Below are positions 19,501 to 30,387 of a stretch of 64,000 bases of DNA, one piece after another. Both the position numbers and the translations under genes were made by a program. The notes below the pieces were generated by a model. It saw only the letters and a list, made by a program, of their open reading frames with translations. It did no database searches and was not told the DNA's origin. The stretch comes from Selenomonadales bacterium (GTDB taxonomy: Bacteria > Bacillota > Negativicutes > Sporomusales > UBA7701): NCBI GenBank assembly GCA_018434945.1, contig JAHDOI010000009.1:3087-67086 (forward strand), written 5' to 3'. Numbering within the stretch: the first letter of the stretch is position 1; the number at the start of each line of letters is the position of its first letter.

Positions 19501-20223
19501 CCGCAGCTCATGCTTCACAAGCTGGCCGGCGACGACGATGTTGCGTCCCTCCTCCTCGATGCTCTCAAGCGCCACCGGGTCGCCCTTGATCGCCCGCCCG
19601 AACAGCAGCGGGTTCTCAGGCACCTTCTTCTTGGCCTGAACGGCGTTACTCTCGGCCGCCGGCTCCGCATAACCGTTAGCCGGCAAGTCGTCGTCGCACC
19701 GTTCCGGCTCGGGGGCGGCAACAGTCAGGAAAGCCACCGCGCACTGCCTGGCGAACTTTTCGGCGACGAACGCCGTTATCGCCTTATCGGCGCCGCGGGC
19801 GGCGAGCAACTGGCCCGACAGGTCGCCGTTCGTCTCCAGCGCGAGCGTATGGCCGTCGAACTGCCATCTGGCTCCCGCCAGCAAGTGACGGATCGTCGGG
19901 TTGCCGGCGGCGACGCCGGCAACGAAATCCTGCCAGTTTTCCGTCAGATACTCTGTGAAATCCTTTGTGGCGGCAAGAACGAAAGCGGTGGCCTTAAGAC
20001 CGCAGCGTTGGCAAAGATGCCCGGCAGCCCTGTCCAGCACATCGGCCGGCAGCGGCACAGGGGCGGTCATATGCACTTCCCAGCCGGGGGCTTCGGTATC
20101 GACATGGACCTTGGTGACGACCGCGCCTGCCAGTAAATCGCGCTCGGCGGCGGTCAGCTCCAGCTCCGGCAGCAGGTCGAGCAGGCTTTGGTTCTTGTCG
20201 GGGATGATGCAGTAGGTATGCAA
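16552..20223 (-). CDS. polC: DNA polymerase III PolC-type alpha subunit lacking the inserted 3'-5' exonuclease domain
   Basis: OB fold, PHP motifs VELHAH and AITDHG, GSRGSVGSS, zinc finger, VPDIDLNF, KLDILGHDDP; 1223 aa. Confidence 0.97.
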   Translation of the reverse strand: MHTYCIIPDKNQSLLDLLPELELTAAERDLLAGAVVTKVHVDTEAPGWEVHMTAPVPLPADVLDRAAGHLCQRCGLKATAFVLAATKDFTEYLTENWQDFVAGVAAGNPTIRHLLAGARWQFDGHTLALETNGDLSGQLLAARGADKAITAFVAEKFARQCAVAFLTVAAPEPERCDDDLPANGYAEPAAESNAVQAKKKVPENPLLFGRAIKGDPVALESIEEEGRNIVVAGQLVKHELRELKSGRTLLSFDVADLGGGISGKAFFDDKAQIAKLAAGLADGMLVKVKGTVQYDKYANELVMFADSMCRLAKPERTDTAEVKRVELHAHTRMSALDAVVATKALIKTAAKWGHPAVAITDHGVVQAFPEAEEEAAKSGIKVIYGMEGYLFDDDISQSYHIIILARNSVGLRNLYRLVSLSHLKYLHRSPRIPRAILAEHREGLILGSACEAGECMQALINGASDDEISKIASFYDYLEIQPATNNEFLVRQGRFADMEGLRDLNRRMCALGERLGKRVVATCDVHFLQPEDEVYRRILMTGQGYDDADKQPPLYFRTTGEMLAEFAYLGKDKAYEVVVENTRRISEEIDSIKPIPDELYSPKIPGAEEQIKSMSYAKARLLYGDTLPELVAERLKYELDSIINNGFAVLYLIAHKLVKKSLDDGYLVGSRGSVGSSFVATMTDITEVNPLPPHWRCPECRWSEFVTDGSYGCGFDMSDRACPACGAAAVKDGHDIPFAVFMGFHGDKVPDIDLNFSGDYQPVAHKYTEELFGRDNVFRAGTIATIADKTAYGFVRNYFADKGITARNAHINHLISGCTGVKRTTGQHPGGIMVVPRDMDIHHFTPIQFPADDKNSATITTHFDYHSISSRLVKLDILGHDDPTVIKMLEDLTGLNPKAIPFDDKPTLSLFSSTDALGLSPAELGSTVGTFGIPEFGTKFVRQMLEDTKPQNFSELVRISGFSHGTDVWLNNAQDLIKSGTAKLSEAISARDDIMVYLIHKGVKPQTAFKVMEDVRKGKGVKPDDVAVMGEHGVPAWYVESCQKIKYMFPKAHAVAYVMMAFRIAYCKIHHPLAFYASYFTVRATEFDADLIVKGVPALRQRLAELEQKGPAASAKEKGLATIIEMALEMYLRGYKFERVDLYKSDATRFLIVDGGLLPPLASLQGVGDNAARSIVAARAEKPFTSAEDLRARSRAAKPVVDTLREHGALGDLPEDDQIALFA

Positions 20224-20251
20224 AGGGCACTCTCCTGTGTTAAACCTGAAA

Positions 20252-20299
20252 TATCAACATTTTGTGGCAGAACACGAGCCACAGTACAATATTTGGCGC
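20252..20299. promoter_or_regulatory. Candidate tandem NrdR boxes upstream of polC
   Basis: Cores CAACATTTTGTG (20255) and CAATATTTGGCG (20287), exactly 32 bp apart. Confidence 0.45.
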
Positions 20300-20318
20300 T
20301 TCTCGCGCCAATTCCTGC
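20289..20318 (-). promoter_or_regulatory. SigH-like promoter candidate for polC
   Basis: GCAGGAATT-N12-GCCAAATAT; the -10 has one mismatch at the conserved G. Confidence 0.35.
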
Positions 20319-20404
20319 TATAGTTGTAAAAGTATCGATATTTATAACTAATATAATTTACTGCCAAAAAATCCCTTTCCACCGATTCTCGCTTGCCACA
20401 GACA

Positions 20405-20435
20405 ATCAAAAACCCCGGCGATGAAGGCCGGGGTT
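20405..20435 (-). terminator. proS intrinsic terminator
   Basis: AACCCCGGC/GCCGGGGTT stem plus T tract. Confidence 0.82.
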
Positions 20436-20447
20436 CAAAAGTATGAT

Positions 20448-22148
20448 TTACAATTGTGCCAGCAGGTCTTTAATTCCGGAAACAGCCTCTTCCGCCGGGA
20501 AGAAATGCACCTCGCCGCTGCGCCGCGTTTTGACCTCCACCTTGTTCTCGGTCACCGCCTTGGCGCCGACGGTCACCTTCAGTGGGTAGCCTATCAGGTC
20601 GGCGTCCTTGAACTTCACCCCCGCCCGCTCGTCGCGGTCGTCGAGCACCGTTTCCACCCCTGCGGCCACCAGTTCCGCGTACATTTTTTCAGCCAGTTCG
20701 CGCTGGCCCTGGTCGGCGTTGTTGACGGGGATCACGGCGGCCTGGAACGGTGCGATAGCCGCCGGCCAGATGATGCCGTTGGCGTCGTTGTTCTGCTCGA
20801 TGGCGGCCGCCATCGTACGGCTTATGCCGATGCCGTAAGTGCCCATCACGATCGTCTGCTCTTTGCCGCTCTCGTCCAGGTACGTCGCGTTCAGCGCCTT
20901 GGAATACTTTGTGTACAGTTTGAATACCTGGCCCACCTCGATGCCGCGCGCCGCCTTCACCGGCTCGCCGCAGCGCGGGCAGGGGTCCCCTTCCCTGATG
21001 AGGCGGATGTCGGCGACTACGGCCGGCTTGAAATCGCGGCCCGGGTTGACGTTCACGTAGTGCTTGTCCGCCTGGTTGGCGCCCACAACCGTGTTGTGCA
21101 GCTTCATCACCGTAGCGTCGGCCACGACGGTAACATCTTTGACGCCGATCGGCCCCATGAAGCCCGGGGCAGTGCCGGCGGCCGCCAGGGCAGCCTCGTC
21201 GGCCATCTGCAGGAAAATTGCGCCGACGGCGTTCTGCACCTTGATCTCGTTGACATCGTGGTCGCCGCGGACGAGGGCGAACACCAGCCCCTTGTCGGTC
21301 ATATAGGCCAGCGTCTTGACAGTCTTGTCGGCCGGCAGGCCTAGGAACTCGGCCACGGCGGCGATCGTCTTCGTGCCGGGCGTATCCTTGAGGGCCATCG
21401 GCTGCGGAGCCTCGGCCGGCGCTTCGATGGGGTGCAGCTCGGCCTTCTCGACATTGGCGGCGTAATCGCAGCCGCCGCAATAAACGATGGCAGCCTCGCC
21501 GGATTCGGCGATGACCATGAACTCGTGGCTGCCCTTGCCGCCGATGGCGCCGGGATCGGCCTCCACCGGGCGGAATGTCAGCCCGCAACGGGTGAAAACG
21601 CGGCTGTAAGCGTCATACATCTTATTATAGCTCTCATTCAGGCCGGCTTCGTCGCGGTCGAAGGAATAAAGATCCTTCATGATGAACTCGCGGCCGCGCA
21701 TCAGACCGAACCGCGGCCTGATCTCGTCGCGGAACTTGTTCTGGATCTGGTACAGCATCAGCGGCAGCTGCCGGTATGAGCGGACCTCATCGCGGATGAG
21801 GGTGGTGATCATCTCCTCGTGGGTCGGCCCCAGGCAAAAGTCGCGGCCGTGCCGGTCCTTGAGCCGGAACATCTCGTCGCCGTAGACGTCCCAGCGGCCC
21901 GTTTCCTGCCACATCTCCGCCGGCAGCACGATTGGCATCAGCAGTTCCTGGCCGCCTTTGGCGTCCATCTCCTCGCGGACGATCTTCTCGATCTTCTTCA
22001 GCACCCGCCAGGCCAAGGGCAGGTAGTTGTATATGCCGCCGGCCGCCTTGCGGATGAAGCCGGCCCGCAGCATGAGCTGATGGCTTATTACCTCGGCCTC
22101 GGCCGGAGTCTCTCTGAGCGTGGGGGCGTAAAGCTGGGATGCGCGCAT
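20448..22148 (-). CDS. proS: Proline--tRNA ligase
   Basis: [27 protein letters not shown] editing domain, GIEVGQVF. Confidence 0.99.
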   Translation of the reverse strand: MRASQLYAPTLRETPAEAEVISHQLMLRAGFIRKAAGGIYNYLPLAWRVLKKIEKIVREEMDAKGGQELLMPIVLPAEMWQETGRWDVYGDEMFRLKDRHGRDFCLGPTHEEMITTLIRDEVRSYRQLPLMLYQIQNKFRDEIRPRFGLMRGREFIMKDLYSFDRDEAGLNESYNKMYDAYSRVFTRCGLTFRPVEADPGAIGGKGSHEFMVIAESGEAAIVYCGGCDYAANVEKAELHPIEAPAEAPQPMALKDTPGTKTIAAVAEFLGLPADKTVKTLAYMTDKGLVFALVRGDHDVNEIKVQNAVGAIFLQMADEAALAAAGTAPGFMGPIGVKDVTVVADATVMKLHNTVVGANQADKHYVNVNPGRDFKPAVVADIRLIREGDPCPRCGEPVKAARGIEVGQVFKLYTKYSKALNATYLDESGKEQTIVMGTYGIGISRTMAAAIEQNNDANGIIWPAAIAPFQAAVIPVNNADQGQRELAEKMYAELVAAGVETVLDDRDERAGVKFKDADLIGYPLKVTVGAKAVTENKVEVKTRRSGEVHFFPAEEAVSGIKDLLAQL

Positions 22149-22155
22149 GATAATA

Positions 22156-23238
22156 TTATTCCTCCTCGACGAGTTTATCTATTTCGGCGAACAGCGCCGC
22201 GATCAACTGGTCCTCGGGCACCTTGCGGAGGATCTCCCCCTTGCGGAAGATCAGTCCCTGCCCCTTGCCGCCGGCCACGCCGATATCGGCTTCCCGCGCC
22301 TCGCCGGGGCCGTTGACCACGCAGCCCATCACCGCCACCTTCAGCGGCTTTCTGATCGTTTTCAGCCGTTCCTCCACCGCCGCGGCGACGGCTACGAGGT
22401 CGATCTCGGTGCGGCCGCAGGTCGGGCAGGAAACGAGGGTCGGACCGTATTCCCTAAGACCTAGCGACTTGAGGATCTCGTTGGCCACTCTCACCTCTTC
22501 CGCCGGGTCGCCGGTAAGCGACACGCGCACCGTATCGCCGATACCCTCCGCCAGGAGAGCGCCGATGCCGACGGCCGAGCGGATGATGCCGGTGTTGACC
22601 GTGCCGGCTTCGGTAATCCCGAGGTGGAGCGGATAATCCACCGCCCGCGACATCAGACGGTAGGCCTCAAGGGTGAGCGGCACGTCGTGGGCTTTGAGGG
22701 ACACCTTTATATCGTAAAAGTCCATTTTTTCCAAGATGCGGATATGGCCCATGGCGCTCTCCACCATCGCCGCCGCCGTGGCGTGACCGCCGTGTTTGGC
22801 GAGCAGCGCCTTATCGAGCGAGCCGGCGTTGACACCGATGCGGATGGGCACGCGGCGTTTTTTGGCTCCCTTCACGACAGCCGCGACATGGTCGGGGTCG
22901 CCGATATTGCCGGGGTTGAGACGCAGGCCGTCCACCCCTCTATCCAGAGCCGCCAGCGCCAGGCGATGGTCGAAATGGATATCGGCGACAATGGGGACGT
23001 CCCCCACCGCCGCTTTGATGGCAGCCAGCGCCTCAGCGGCCGCCATATCGGGAACAGCCACCCGCACGATGTCGCAGCCGGCTGCCGTCAGACGGCCGAT
23101 CTGGGCGACGGTGGCGGCCACATCGGCCGTTTTGGTGTTGGTCATCGACTGCACGGATACCGGAGCGTTGCCGCCCACCGTAACCTTGCCGATGCGCACC
23201 GGTGCGGTGCGTTTGCGTTTTATCGCCATCGCCGTCAC
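22156..23238 (-). CDS. ispG: (E)-4-hydroxy-3-methylbut-2-enyl-diphosphate synthase
   Basis: [30 protein letters not shown]. Confidence 0.98.
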   Translation of the reverse strand: MTAMAIKRKRTAPVRIGKVTVGGNAPVSVQSMTNTKTADVAATVAQIGRLTAAGCDIVRVAVPDMAAAEALAAIKAAVGDVPIVADIHFDHRLALAALDRGVDGLRLNPGNIGDPDHVAAVVKGAKKRRVPIRIGVNAGSLDKALLAKHGGHATAAAMVESAMGHIRILEKMDFYDIKVSLKAHDVPLTLEAYRLMSRAVDYPLHLGITEAGTVNTGIIRSAVGIGALLAEGIGDTVRVSLTGDPAEEVRVANEILKSLGLREYGPTLVSCPTCGRTEIDLVAVAAAVEERLKTIRKPLKVAVMGCVVNGPGEAREADIGVAGGKGQGLIFRKGEILRKVPEDQLIAALFAEIDKLVEEE

Positions 23239-24266
23239 CAGAAAATCCGCGTAATATCTTTGAACGTCGCCAGCAGCAGCAGCGTCATCAGGAGCGCGAA
23301 CCCGATCGTCTGAATGATCTGAAGGTTGCTGCGGCTGAGCGGCTTGCCGCGTATCGCCTCGACCGCCAGCGTGACAAGGTGGCCGCCGTCAAGCACCGGC
23401 ACAGGCAGGAGATTTATGAGCCCGAGATTGATACTGAGAAAGGCGGCGAACTGGAGGAGCGGCAGGAAGCCCATCTGAGCCACCTGACCGGTCATCTGCG
23501 CGACGCCGATGGGCCCCGCCACGTCGGCCGGCGCCTGGCCGATTATCATCTGCACCAGGCCGGAGAAGATGGCCGCCGTCACCACCGCCGTCTGTTTGAC
23601 GGCCATCGTGAAGGCTTCGCCGGGTCCGGGCCGGTAATTCGTCACCTGCGGCGTGACGCCGATTATCCCGCGGTTCGTTTTCGCGTCGTGTTCCGGGACG
23701 ATGACAGCCTCATTGGCGACACCGCCTCGTTCATACGCGATTGTCAGCTGTTTGTTGGCGTTGACCCTGATAACCTGGACGAAATCCATCCAGGTCTCGA
23801 TCTTCCCGCCGTTCACGGCCACGATGCGGTCGCCGGCAGCCAGGCCGGCCCGGGCCGCGGGCCTGTCGGCCATGATGGTGCCGATGATCGGTTTATCCGA
23901 AGCCTGGTCCACGCCCGATCCGAGCAGGACGATGGTGAACAGCACCACCGGCAGCACGAAATTCATCAGCGAGCCGGCGGCGATGACGATCATCCGGGCC
24001 CATATCGGCTTGGCGCCGTAGGACTTCTCGGTCTGCTCCTCGTCGGGGTCCATACCGGCGATCTTGACGAAACCGCCCAACGGGATGAGGTTAAGGGAAT
24101 ATAACGTCTCGCCGAATCTCTTGCTCAGCAGCGCCGGCCCGAAGCCGATACCGAACTCGCGCACCCCCATCCCGGTAAGGCGGGCGGTGACGAAATGGCC
24201 GATCTCATGCACGAGGACCAGCAGGCCGAGGACAAAGATGGTGGCGATAATCGTGGTCGTCAACAA
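23235..24266 (-). CDS. rseP: RIP metalloprotease RseP/RasP
   Basis: HEIGH, PDZ domain, [12 protein letters not shown]. Confidence 0.97.
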   Translation of the reverse strand: MLTTTIIATIFVLGLLVLVHEIGHFVTARLTGMGVREFGIGFGPALLSKRFGETLYSLNLIPLGGFVKIAGMDPDEEQTEKSYGAKPIWARMIVIAAGSLMNFVLPVVLFTIVLLGSGVDQASDKPIIGTIMADRPAARAGLAAGDRIVAVNGGKIETWMDFVQVIRVNANKQLTIAYERGGVANEAVIVPEHDAKTNRGIIGVTPQVTNYRPGPGEAFTMAVKQTAVVTAAIFSGLVQMIIGQAPADVAGPIGVAQMTGQVAQMGFLPLLQFAAFLSINLGLINLLPVPVLDGGHLVTLAVEAIRGKPLSRSNLQIIQTIGFALLMTLLLLATFKDITRIFW

Positions 24267-24287
24267 ACTTACACCTCTTCCACAGGG

Positions 24288-25445
24288 TTATTTCAGCTCG
24301 GGGATAATCCCGGCGACAAACGTCCGCGCCCATCCGTCCGCGGCGCAAAGCTCCTCGAACGACGGAGCGGGCAGTGTCGGGTGGGTGTCGAGCGCGCGGC
24401 GGATCGCCGCGGCGATCGCCGTGAAAGGTATCTTCCCGTCCAGAAATGCGTTGACAGCCGCTTCGTTGGCGGCGTTGAACACACAGGGCGCGGTGCCGCC
24501 GCGCCGTCCCGCCTCGTAGCCCATCGCCAGAGCGGGGAACCGGTCGGTGTCGGGCGGCGCGAACGTCAGCCCCGACAGGCTCGTGAAATCGAGGCGGGCG
24601 AAATCCGCCGGCCAGCGGTCGGGTGCGCTGAAGGCGTACTGGATCGGCAGGCGCATATCGGGGCGGCCCAACTGGGCCATAACCGACCCGTCCACAAATT
24701 CCACCATCGAATGGATGATGCTCTGGGGATGGACGACGACATCGATGTTATCATAGCCGACATCGAAAAGCCAGCGGGCCTCGATGACCTCGAGCCCCTT
24801 ATTGGCCAGCGTCGCCGAATCGACGGTTATCTTGCGGCCCATCGACCAATTGGGGTGGCGCAGGCACTCGGCAACGGTGACGGACGGCAGCGTCTCTTTG
24901 GCCCGCTCCCGAAAAGGCCCGCCGGAGGCGGTCAGGATGAGGCGGCGGACCCCCTCCCTGCCCTCGCCCTGCAGGCACTGCAGGATGGCGCTGTGCTCGC
25001 TGTCCACCGGCAGGATGGCGACGCCGCGTTTGCGCGCCGCGGCGGTGACGAGTTCGCCCGCGGCCACCAGCGTTTCCTTGTTGGCAAGAGCGATATTCTT
25101 CCCGGCCTCGATAGCCGCCAGCGTCGGCCTGAGGCCGGCGAAGCCCACCAGCGACGTCAGGACGGTGTCCGCTTCCGCCAGCGTAGCGGCGGCGTTCAGC
25201 CCCTCCTCGCCGGCCATTATCCTGGCAGGGCCTGTGTAGCGGCGGCGCAGCCGGTCGGCGGCCTCGCTGTCGGCCAGCACCGCCAGAGCCGGCCGGAACC
25301 TTTCCAGTTGTTCAGCGAGCAGTTCGTCGTTATGGTGGGCAGCCAGGGCTACGACCCTGAACCGCTCGGGATGGGCGGCCGCGACCTCGAGCGCCTGGGT
25401 GCCGATCGAACCCGTCGAGCCTAGTATCGAGATGCGTTTGAGCAT
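24288..25445 (-). CDS. dxr: 1-deoxy-D-xylulose 5-phosphate reductoisomerase
   Basis: ILGSTGSIG, LANKE, VDSEH, HPNWSMG. Start placed at MLKRIS (25445). Confidence 0.98.
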   Translation of the reverse strand: MLKRISILGSTGSIGTQALEVAAAHPERFRVVALAAHHNDELLAEQLERFRPALAVLADSEAADRLRRRYTGPARIMAGEEGLNAAATLAEADTVLTSLVGFAGLRPTLAAIEAGKNIALANKETLVAAGELVTAAARKRGVAILPVDSEHSAILQCLQGEGREGVRRLILTASGGPFRERAKETLPSVTVAECLRHPNWSMGRKITVDSATLANKGLEVIEARWLFDVGYDNIDVVVHPQSIIHSMVEFVDGSVMAQLGRPDMRLPIQYAFSAPDRWPADFARLDFTSLSGLTFAPPDTDRFPALAMGYEAGRRGGTAPCVFNAANEAAVNAFLDGKIPFTAIAAAIRRALDTHPTLPAPSFEELCAADGWARTFVAGIIPELK

Positions 25446-25465
25446 TATATTCTCCTTGCGGCGCG

Positions 25466-26293
25466 TCAGTGCGCGAGGAATAGCTGAACATAATAGTAAA
25501 CCGCCGGAGCGGCGAACATCACGCTGTCGAAGCGGTCCAGAACCCCGCCGTGTCCGGGCAGCAGCTTGCCGGAATCCTTCACGCCGCAGAATCTTTTCAT
25601 CGACGATTCCACAAGGTCGCCCACCGGGGCGACGACGCCGACCAGCAGGCCGATCGCGGCGCTGTGGCCGAGCGGCAGAGCGCAGGCGGCGCCCATGGCG
25701 GTCACGCCGATGACGCTGCCGGCCACGCCGCCGATGGTGCCTTCCCACGTCTTGCCGGGGCTGACCTTGGGAGCAAGCTTGCGGCGGCCGAAATTTTTAC
25801 CCACGAAAAAAGCGAATGTATCGGCCGACCAGGTGCCGACGAACGCCAGCCATAAGTAGACGGCGCCGGCCGACAGCGGGCCGAATTTTGTCGCCATCAC
25901 CAGCGACTGGTCGGTGAACCTGAGCAGCACAAGATGGGCGAACGCCAGCCCGATGTAGACCACCCCGGCGATAGTGACCGCCGCCTGCTCCAAGGAAAAA
26001 CGGTCGGGAACAAAAACCATTCTGGCCATGACCAGGAAAGAGATCAGCAGCAGCACCGCCACCGTCTCCCGCGCGTTGCCCAGCCAGACCGTGCCCCAGA
26101 TGAGGGCGACGCCTGCCAGTCCAAACCAGTAGGCGGTCTCGATCTGGCGGCAGCGCGCCATCGCCGCGAATTCGTGCCAGGCGAGCATCGTCAGCACGAG
26201 GGCGGCGGCGGCGAACACCCATTGCCCGTAGTTTACGACGTATATAGCGATTACTATGCCGATTACGGCCGTTATAACCCTATGAATGAGCAT
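25466..26293 (-). CDS. cdsA: Phosphatidate cytidylyltransferase
   Basis: SPGKTWEG, GDLVES, KDSGKLLPGHGGVLDRFDS. Confidence 0.97.
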   Translation of the reverse strand: MLIHRVITAVIGIVIAIYVVNYGQWVFAAAALVLTMLAWHEFAAMARCRQIETAYWFGLAGVALIWGTVWLGNARETVAVLLLISFLVMARMVFVPDRFSLEQAAVTIAGVVYIGLAFAHLVLLRFTDQSLVMATKFGPLSAGAVYLWLAFVGTWSADTFAFFVGKNFGRRKLAPKVSPGKTWEGTIGGVAGSVIGVTAMGAACALPLGHSAAIGLLVGVVAPVGDLVESSMKRFCGVKDSGKLLPGHGGVLDRFDSVMFAAPAVYYYVQLFLAH

Positions 26294-26301
26294 CTATACA
26301 C

Positions 26302-27072
26302 CTACTTGGTCAGCCCGCCGAACCGCCGGTCGCGCCGCTGAAAATCGGCCACGGCGGCGATCAGGTGTTCAGGTTTGAAGTCGGGCCAGTTTATATCGGT
26401 GAACCAGAATTCGGCATACGCAGCCTGCCAGAGAAGAAAATTGCTTATCCGCTGGTCGCCGGCCGGGCGGATCAGGAGATCCGGGTCCGGCAGGCCGGCG
26501 GTATAAAGATGGCGTCCGATCAGTTCCTCATTGATATCTTCGGGTTTGAGGCTGCCGGCCGCCGCCTGTGCGGCGATAAGCTGCACCGCCCGGGCGATCT
26601 CCGCCCGTCCGCCATAGTTCACGGCGATATTGAGCACAAGGCCGGCGTTCGCGGCCGTCAGGCCCTCCGCCTTGTCGATCTTGGCCTTCAGGCCCGCCGC
26701 CAGTTCATCGGTCTTGCCGCTGAAGCGGACCCTGATACCGTTCTCGTTCAGCTCGTCGATCTCGTTATCGAGATAATCGGAAAAGAGGTTCATGAGCAGA
26801 TCGACCTCCTCCGCCGGCCGTTTCCAGTTCTCGGTGGAGAAAGCGTAAGTAGTGAGCACGCCGATGCGAAGCTCCGCCGTCGTGCGGACGATGGCCCTCA
26901 AGGCCTCGGCGCCGGCACGGTGGCCGAATGTGCGGGGCAGGCCGCGCTTCTGCGCCCAGCGTCCGTTGCCGTCCATGATTATGGCGACGTGACGCGGGAC
27001 GCGGGCCGGGTCAAGGTCGCCGAAAGCTATTTCGCTCTGCTTGTCAGTGCGTCCAAACCATTTTTTCCACAC
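26302..27072 (-). CDS. uppS: Undecaprenyl diphosphate synthase
   Basis: HVAIIMDGNGRWA, YAFSTENWKRP, RISNFLLWQ. Start is GTG 27072 (SD GAGGTG) or ATG 27093. Confidence 0.97.
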   Translation of the reverse strand: MWKKWFGRTDKQSEIAFGDLDPARVPRHVAIIMDGNGRWAQKRGLPRTFGHRAGAEALRAIVRTTAELRIGVLTTYAFSTENWKRPAEEVDLLMNLFSDYLDNEIDELNENGIRVRFSGKTDELAAGLKAKIDKAEGLTAANAGLVLNIAVNYGGRAEIARAVQLIAAQAAAGSLKPEDINEELIGRHLYTAGLPDPDLLIRPAGDQRISNFLLWQAAYAEFWFTDINWPDFKPEHLIAAVADFQRRDRRFGGLTK

Positions 27073-27102
27073 GTCAGTAAGGCACCTCGACATCGTAATT
27101 AT

Positions 27103-27126
27103 AAGCCCCCTCTTACGAGGGGGCTT
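27103..27126. other. Perfect 10-bp hairpin between small ORF and uppS
   Basis: AAGCCCCCTC-N4-GAGGGGGCTT; the loop contains the small ORF's stop codon. Confidence 0.85.
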
Positions 27127-27316
27127 TCCCCATCTTCGCGGCGACAAGAAGGTGACGCCGTCCGTCTGCGCCCATAGTATCCCTCACGACATAGAGGACA
27201 TCCTCCAGCAGGGGGAAATAGTTGCGCGACGGCCGGGTTACAGTCACTGCGACGGCGATGTTGCGCGCCGCCAGCGCCTCCCTGACGTCCTCCAGCGGCA
27301 TTCCCACAGTCTCCAC
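27113..27316 (-). CDS. Small cytoplasmic protein, PASTA-like (67 aa)
   Basis: Fills the frr-uppS gap; GTG 3 nt after the frr stop; VGMPLEDVREALAARNIAV resembles the PASTA N-terminal motif. Confidence 0.7.
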   Translation of the reverse strand: METVGMPLEDVREALAARNIAVAVTVTRPSRNYFPLLEDVLYVVRDTMGADGRRHLLVAAKMGKAPS

Positions 27317-27319
27317 AGG

Positions 27320-28663
<1,344 letters not shown>

Positions 28664-28685
28664 ATTTGCCTATACAGCTGTTTAG

Positions 28686-28715
28686 AAAAAAGAGAACACC
28701 AGGTGTTCTCTTTTT
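28686..28715. terminator. Terminator after tsf
   Basis: AAAAAGAGAACAC/GTGTTCTCTTTTT inverted repeat. Confidence 0.8.
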
Positions 28716-28728
28716 GGCCAGCGGACAG

Positions 28729-29379
28729 CTAGCAATTTTTTACCGTCGCCATAACCTCGGCTGCAAAATCGGCGCTCTTCTTCTCGATACCTTCGCCCAG
28801 CTGAAAACGGACGAACCTGCGCACCGAGATATTCTCGCCGATCTTGGCGATCTTCGCGGTGATAAGCTGGGTAACGGTCGTATCCGGATCCTTGATGAAC
28901 GGCTGCTCCATCAGGCAGTTTTCCTTATAATACTTCTCGATGCGGCCCTCCACCATCTTCTCGGCGATATTGGCCGGCTTGCCCTCGTTCATCGCCTGGG
29001 CTTTGAGCACTTCGCGCTCGTGGGCGATAATATCGGCAGGCACTTCCTCGCGACGGACATAACCCGGGTTGGAAGCAGCCACCTGCATCGCCAGATCCTT
29101 CGCCAGAGTCTTGAACTCATCCGTCTTGGCGACGAAATCGGTCTCGCAGTTCAGTTCGAGCATAACGCCGATGCGGCCGGCGCCGTGTATGTAAGCCTCG
29201 ACAACGCCTTCCGCGGCGACCCTGCCGGCGCGCTTCGCGGCGGCGGCCAGCCCCTTCTCGCGCAGAAAGTCGATCGCTTTCTCCATATCGCCGCCCGTCT
29301 CGGTCAGCGCCTTCTTGCAGTCCATCATGCCCGCGCCGGTACGCTCGCGCAGATCTTTTACCATTTCCGCAGTTATCAT
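28729..29379 (-). CDS. tsf: Elongation factor Ts (short form, ~216 aa)
   Basis: [26 protein letters not shown]. The SD favours ATG 29379. Confidence 0.98.
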   Translation of the reverse strand: MITAEMVKDLRERTGAGMMDCKKALTETGGDMEKAIDFLREKGLAAAAKRAGRVAAEGVVEAYIHGAGRIGVMLELNCETDFVAKTDEFKTLAKDLAMQVAASNPGYVRREEVPADIIAHEREVLKAQAMNEGKPANIAEKMVEGRIEKYYKENCLMEQPFIKDPDTTVTQLITAKIAKIGENISVRRFVRFQLGEGIEKKSADFAAEVMATVKNC

Positions 29380-29440
29380 ACCCATCCTCCTGTCAAATAT
29401 TAAATCCGGCCTATGCCGAAATAATTCGCATACATCCGAA

Positions 29441-29480
29441 GGGAAAATAAGGTAAGGGAGCGATTGCCGTCCCTTACCTT
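29441..29480 (-). terminator. rpsB-tsf intercistronic hairpin / weak attenuator
   Basis: 11-bp stem AAGGTAAGGGA/TCCCTTACCTT followed by ATTTT. Confidence 0.65.
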
Positions 29481-29487
29481 AGCACAT

Positions 29488-30204
29488 TTACTCGCTCTCG
29501 CTGGCTGCTGCTTCCATTTGCTCGCCCTGCTTGCCTTCAAGGATGGCGTCGGCCATCTTGCCGGTAAGCAGCTTCACGGCGCGGATGGCGTCATCGTTGC
29601 CGGGGATGATGTGGTCGATCTCGTCGGGATCGCAGTTGGTATCGACAATCGCCACGATCGGGATACCGAGTTTGCGGGCTTCAGCCACCGCGATCCGCTC
29701 CTTGCGCGGGTCGATGATGAACAGCGCCCCGGGCAGCTTGCGCATATTCTTGATGCCGCCGAGGAACTTCTGCAGGCGCTCCTGCTCGTGGCGGAGGGCG
29801 ATTACTTCCTTCTTGGGAAGGACCTCGAACATCCCCTTCTCTTCCATCGTCTCAAGCTCGCGCAGACGGTTGATCCGGCGCTGAATGGTCTGGAAGTTGG
29901 TCAGCATGCCGCCCAGCCAGCGCTCGTTCACGTAATACATCTCGCAGCGCTGCGCCTCTTCGCGGACAGCCTCCTGGGCCTGCTTCTTCGTGCCTACGAA
30001 CAGCAGCGTCTTGTTCTCGCCGGCCAGTTGGCGCACGAAATTGTATGCATCCTCCACCTTCTTGACCGTCTTCTGCAGATCAATGATGTAGATGCCGTTG
30101 CGCTCCGTAAAAATGTACGGAGCCATCTTGGGGTTCCACCTTCTGGTCTGGTGGCCGAAATGGACCCCAGCCTCCAGAAGCTGTTTCATGGAAATTACCG
30201 ACAT
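29488..30204 (-). CDS. rpsB: 30S ribosomal protein S2
   Basis: [28 protein letters not shown]. Start placed at MSVISM (30204). Confidence 0.99.
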   Translation of the reverse strand: MSVISMKQLLEAGVHFGHQTRRWNPKMAPYIFTERNGIYIIDLQKTVKKVEDAYNFVRQLAGENKTLLFVGTKKQAQEAVREEAQRCEMYYVNERWLGGMLTNFQTIQRRINRLRELETMEEKGMFEVLPKKEVIALRHEQERLQKFLGGIKNMRKLPGALFIIDPRKERIAVAEARKLGIPIVAIVDTNCDPDEIDHIIPGNDDAIRAVKLLTGKMADAILEGKQGEQMEAAASESE

Positions 30205-30214
30205 AATCTGGACA

Positions 30215-30300
30215 CCTCCTGTTTTTTTCCGCCGCCCGTCGCACTTTCCGCCGCCCACCGGCTCAGCCGGCACATACGGGGAATTGACAGGCGTGTGTGA
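30215..30300 (-). ncRNA. rpsB (S2) leader RNA, t44-like
   Basis: CACACACGCCTGTC...GGGCGGCGGAAAAAAACAGGAGG stem structure between the promoter and the RBS. Confidence 0.65.
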
Positions 30301-30316
30301 TATTACACCAACAGCT

Positions 30317-30345
30317 AGTATAGCATAATTAACGTCTCGCCACAA
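30317..30345 (-). promoter_or_regulatory. SigA promoter for rpsB-tsf
   Basis: TTGTGG-N17-TATACT with extended TG. Confidence 0.75.
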
Positions 30346-30387
30346 GCGTTATCGCCGGCAATTCGCTTAATAGTATCGAAAAAAAAA

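Noticed and set aside
30379-30387. T9 tract after the swrB-like stop as the fla operon terminator
   Set aside because: No upstream GC hairpin is visible, so it cannot be called an intrinsic terminator.
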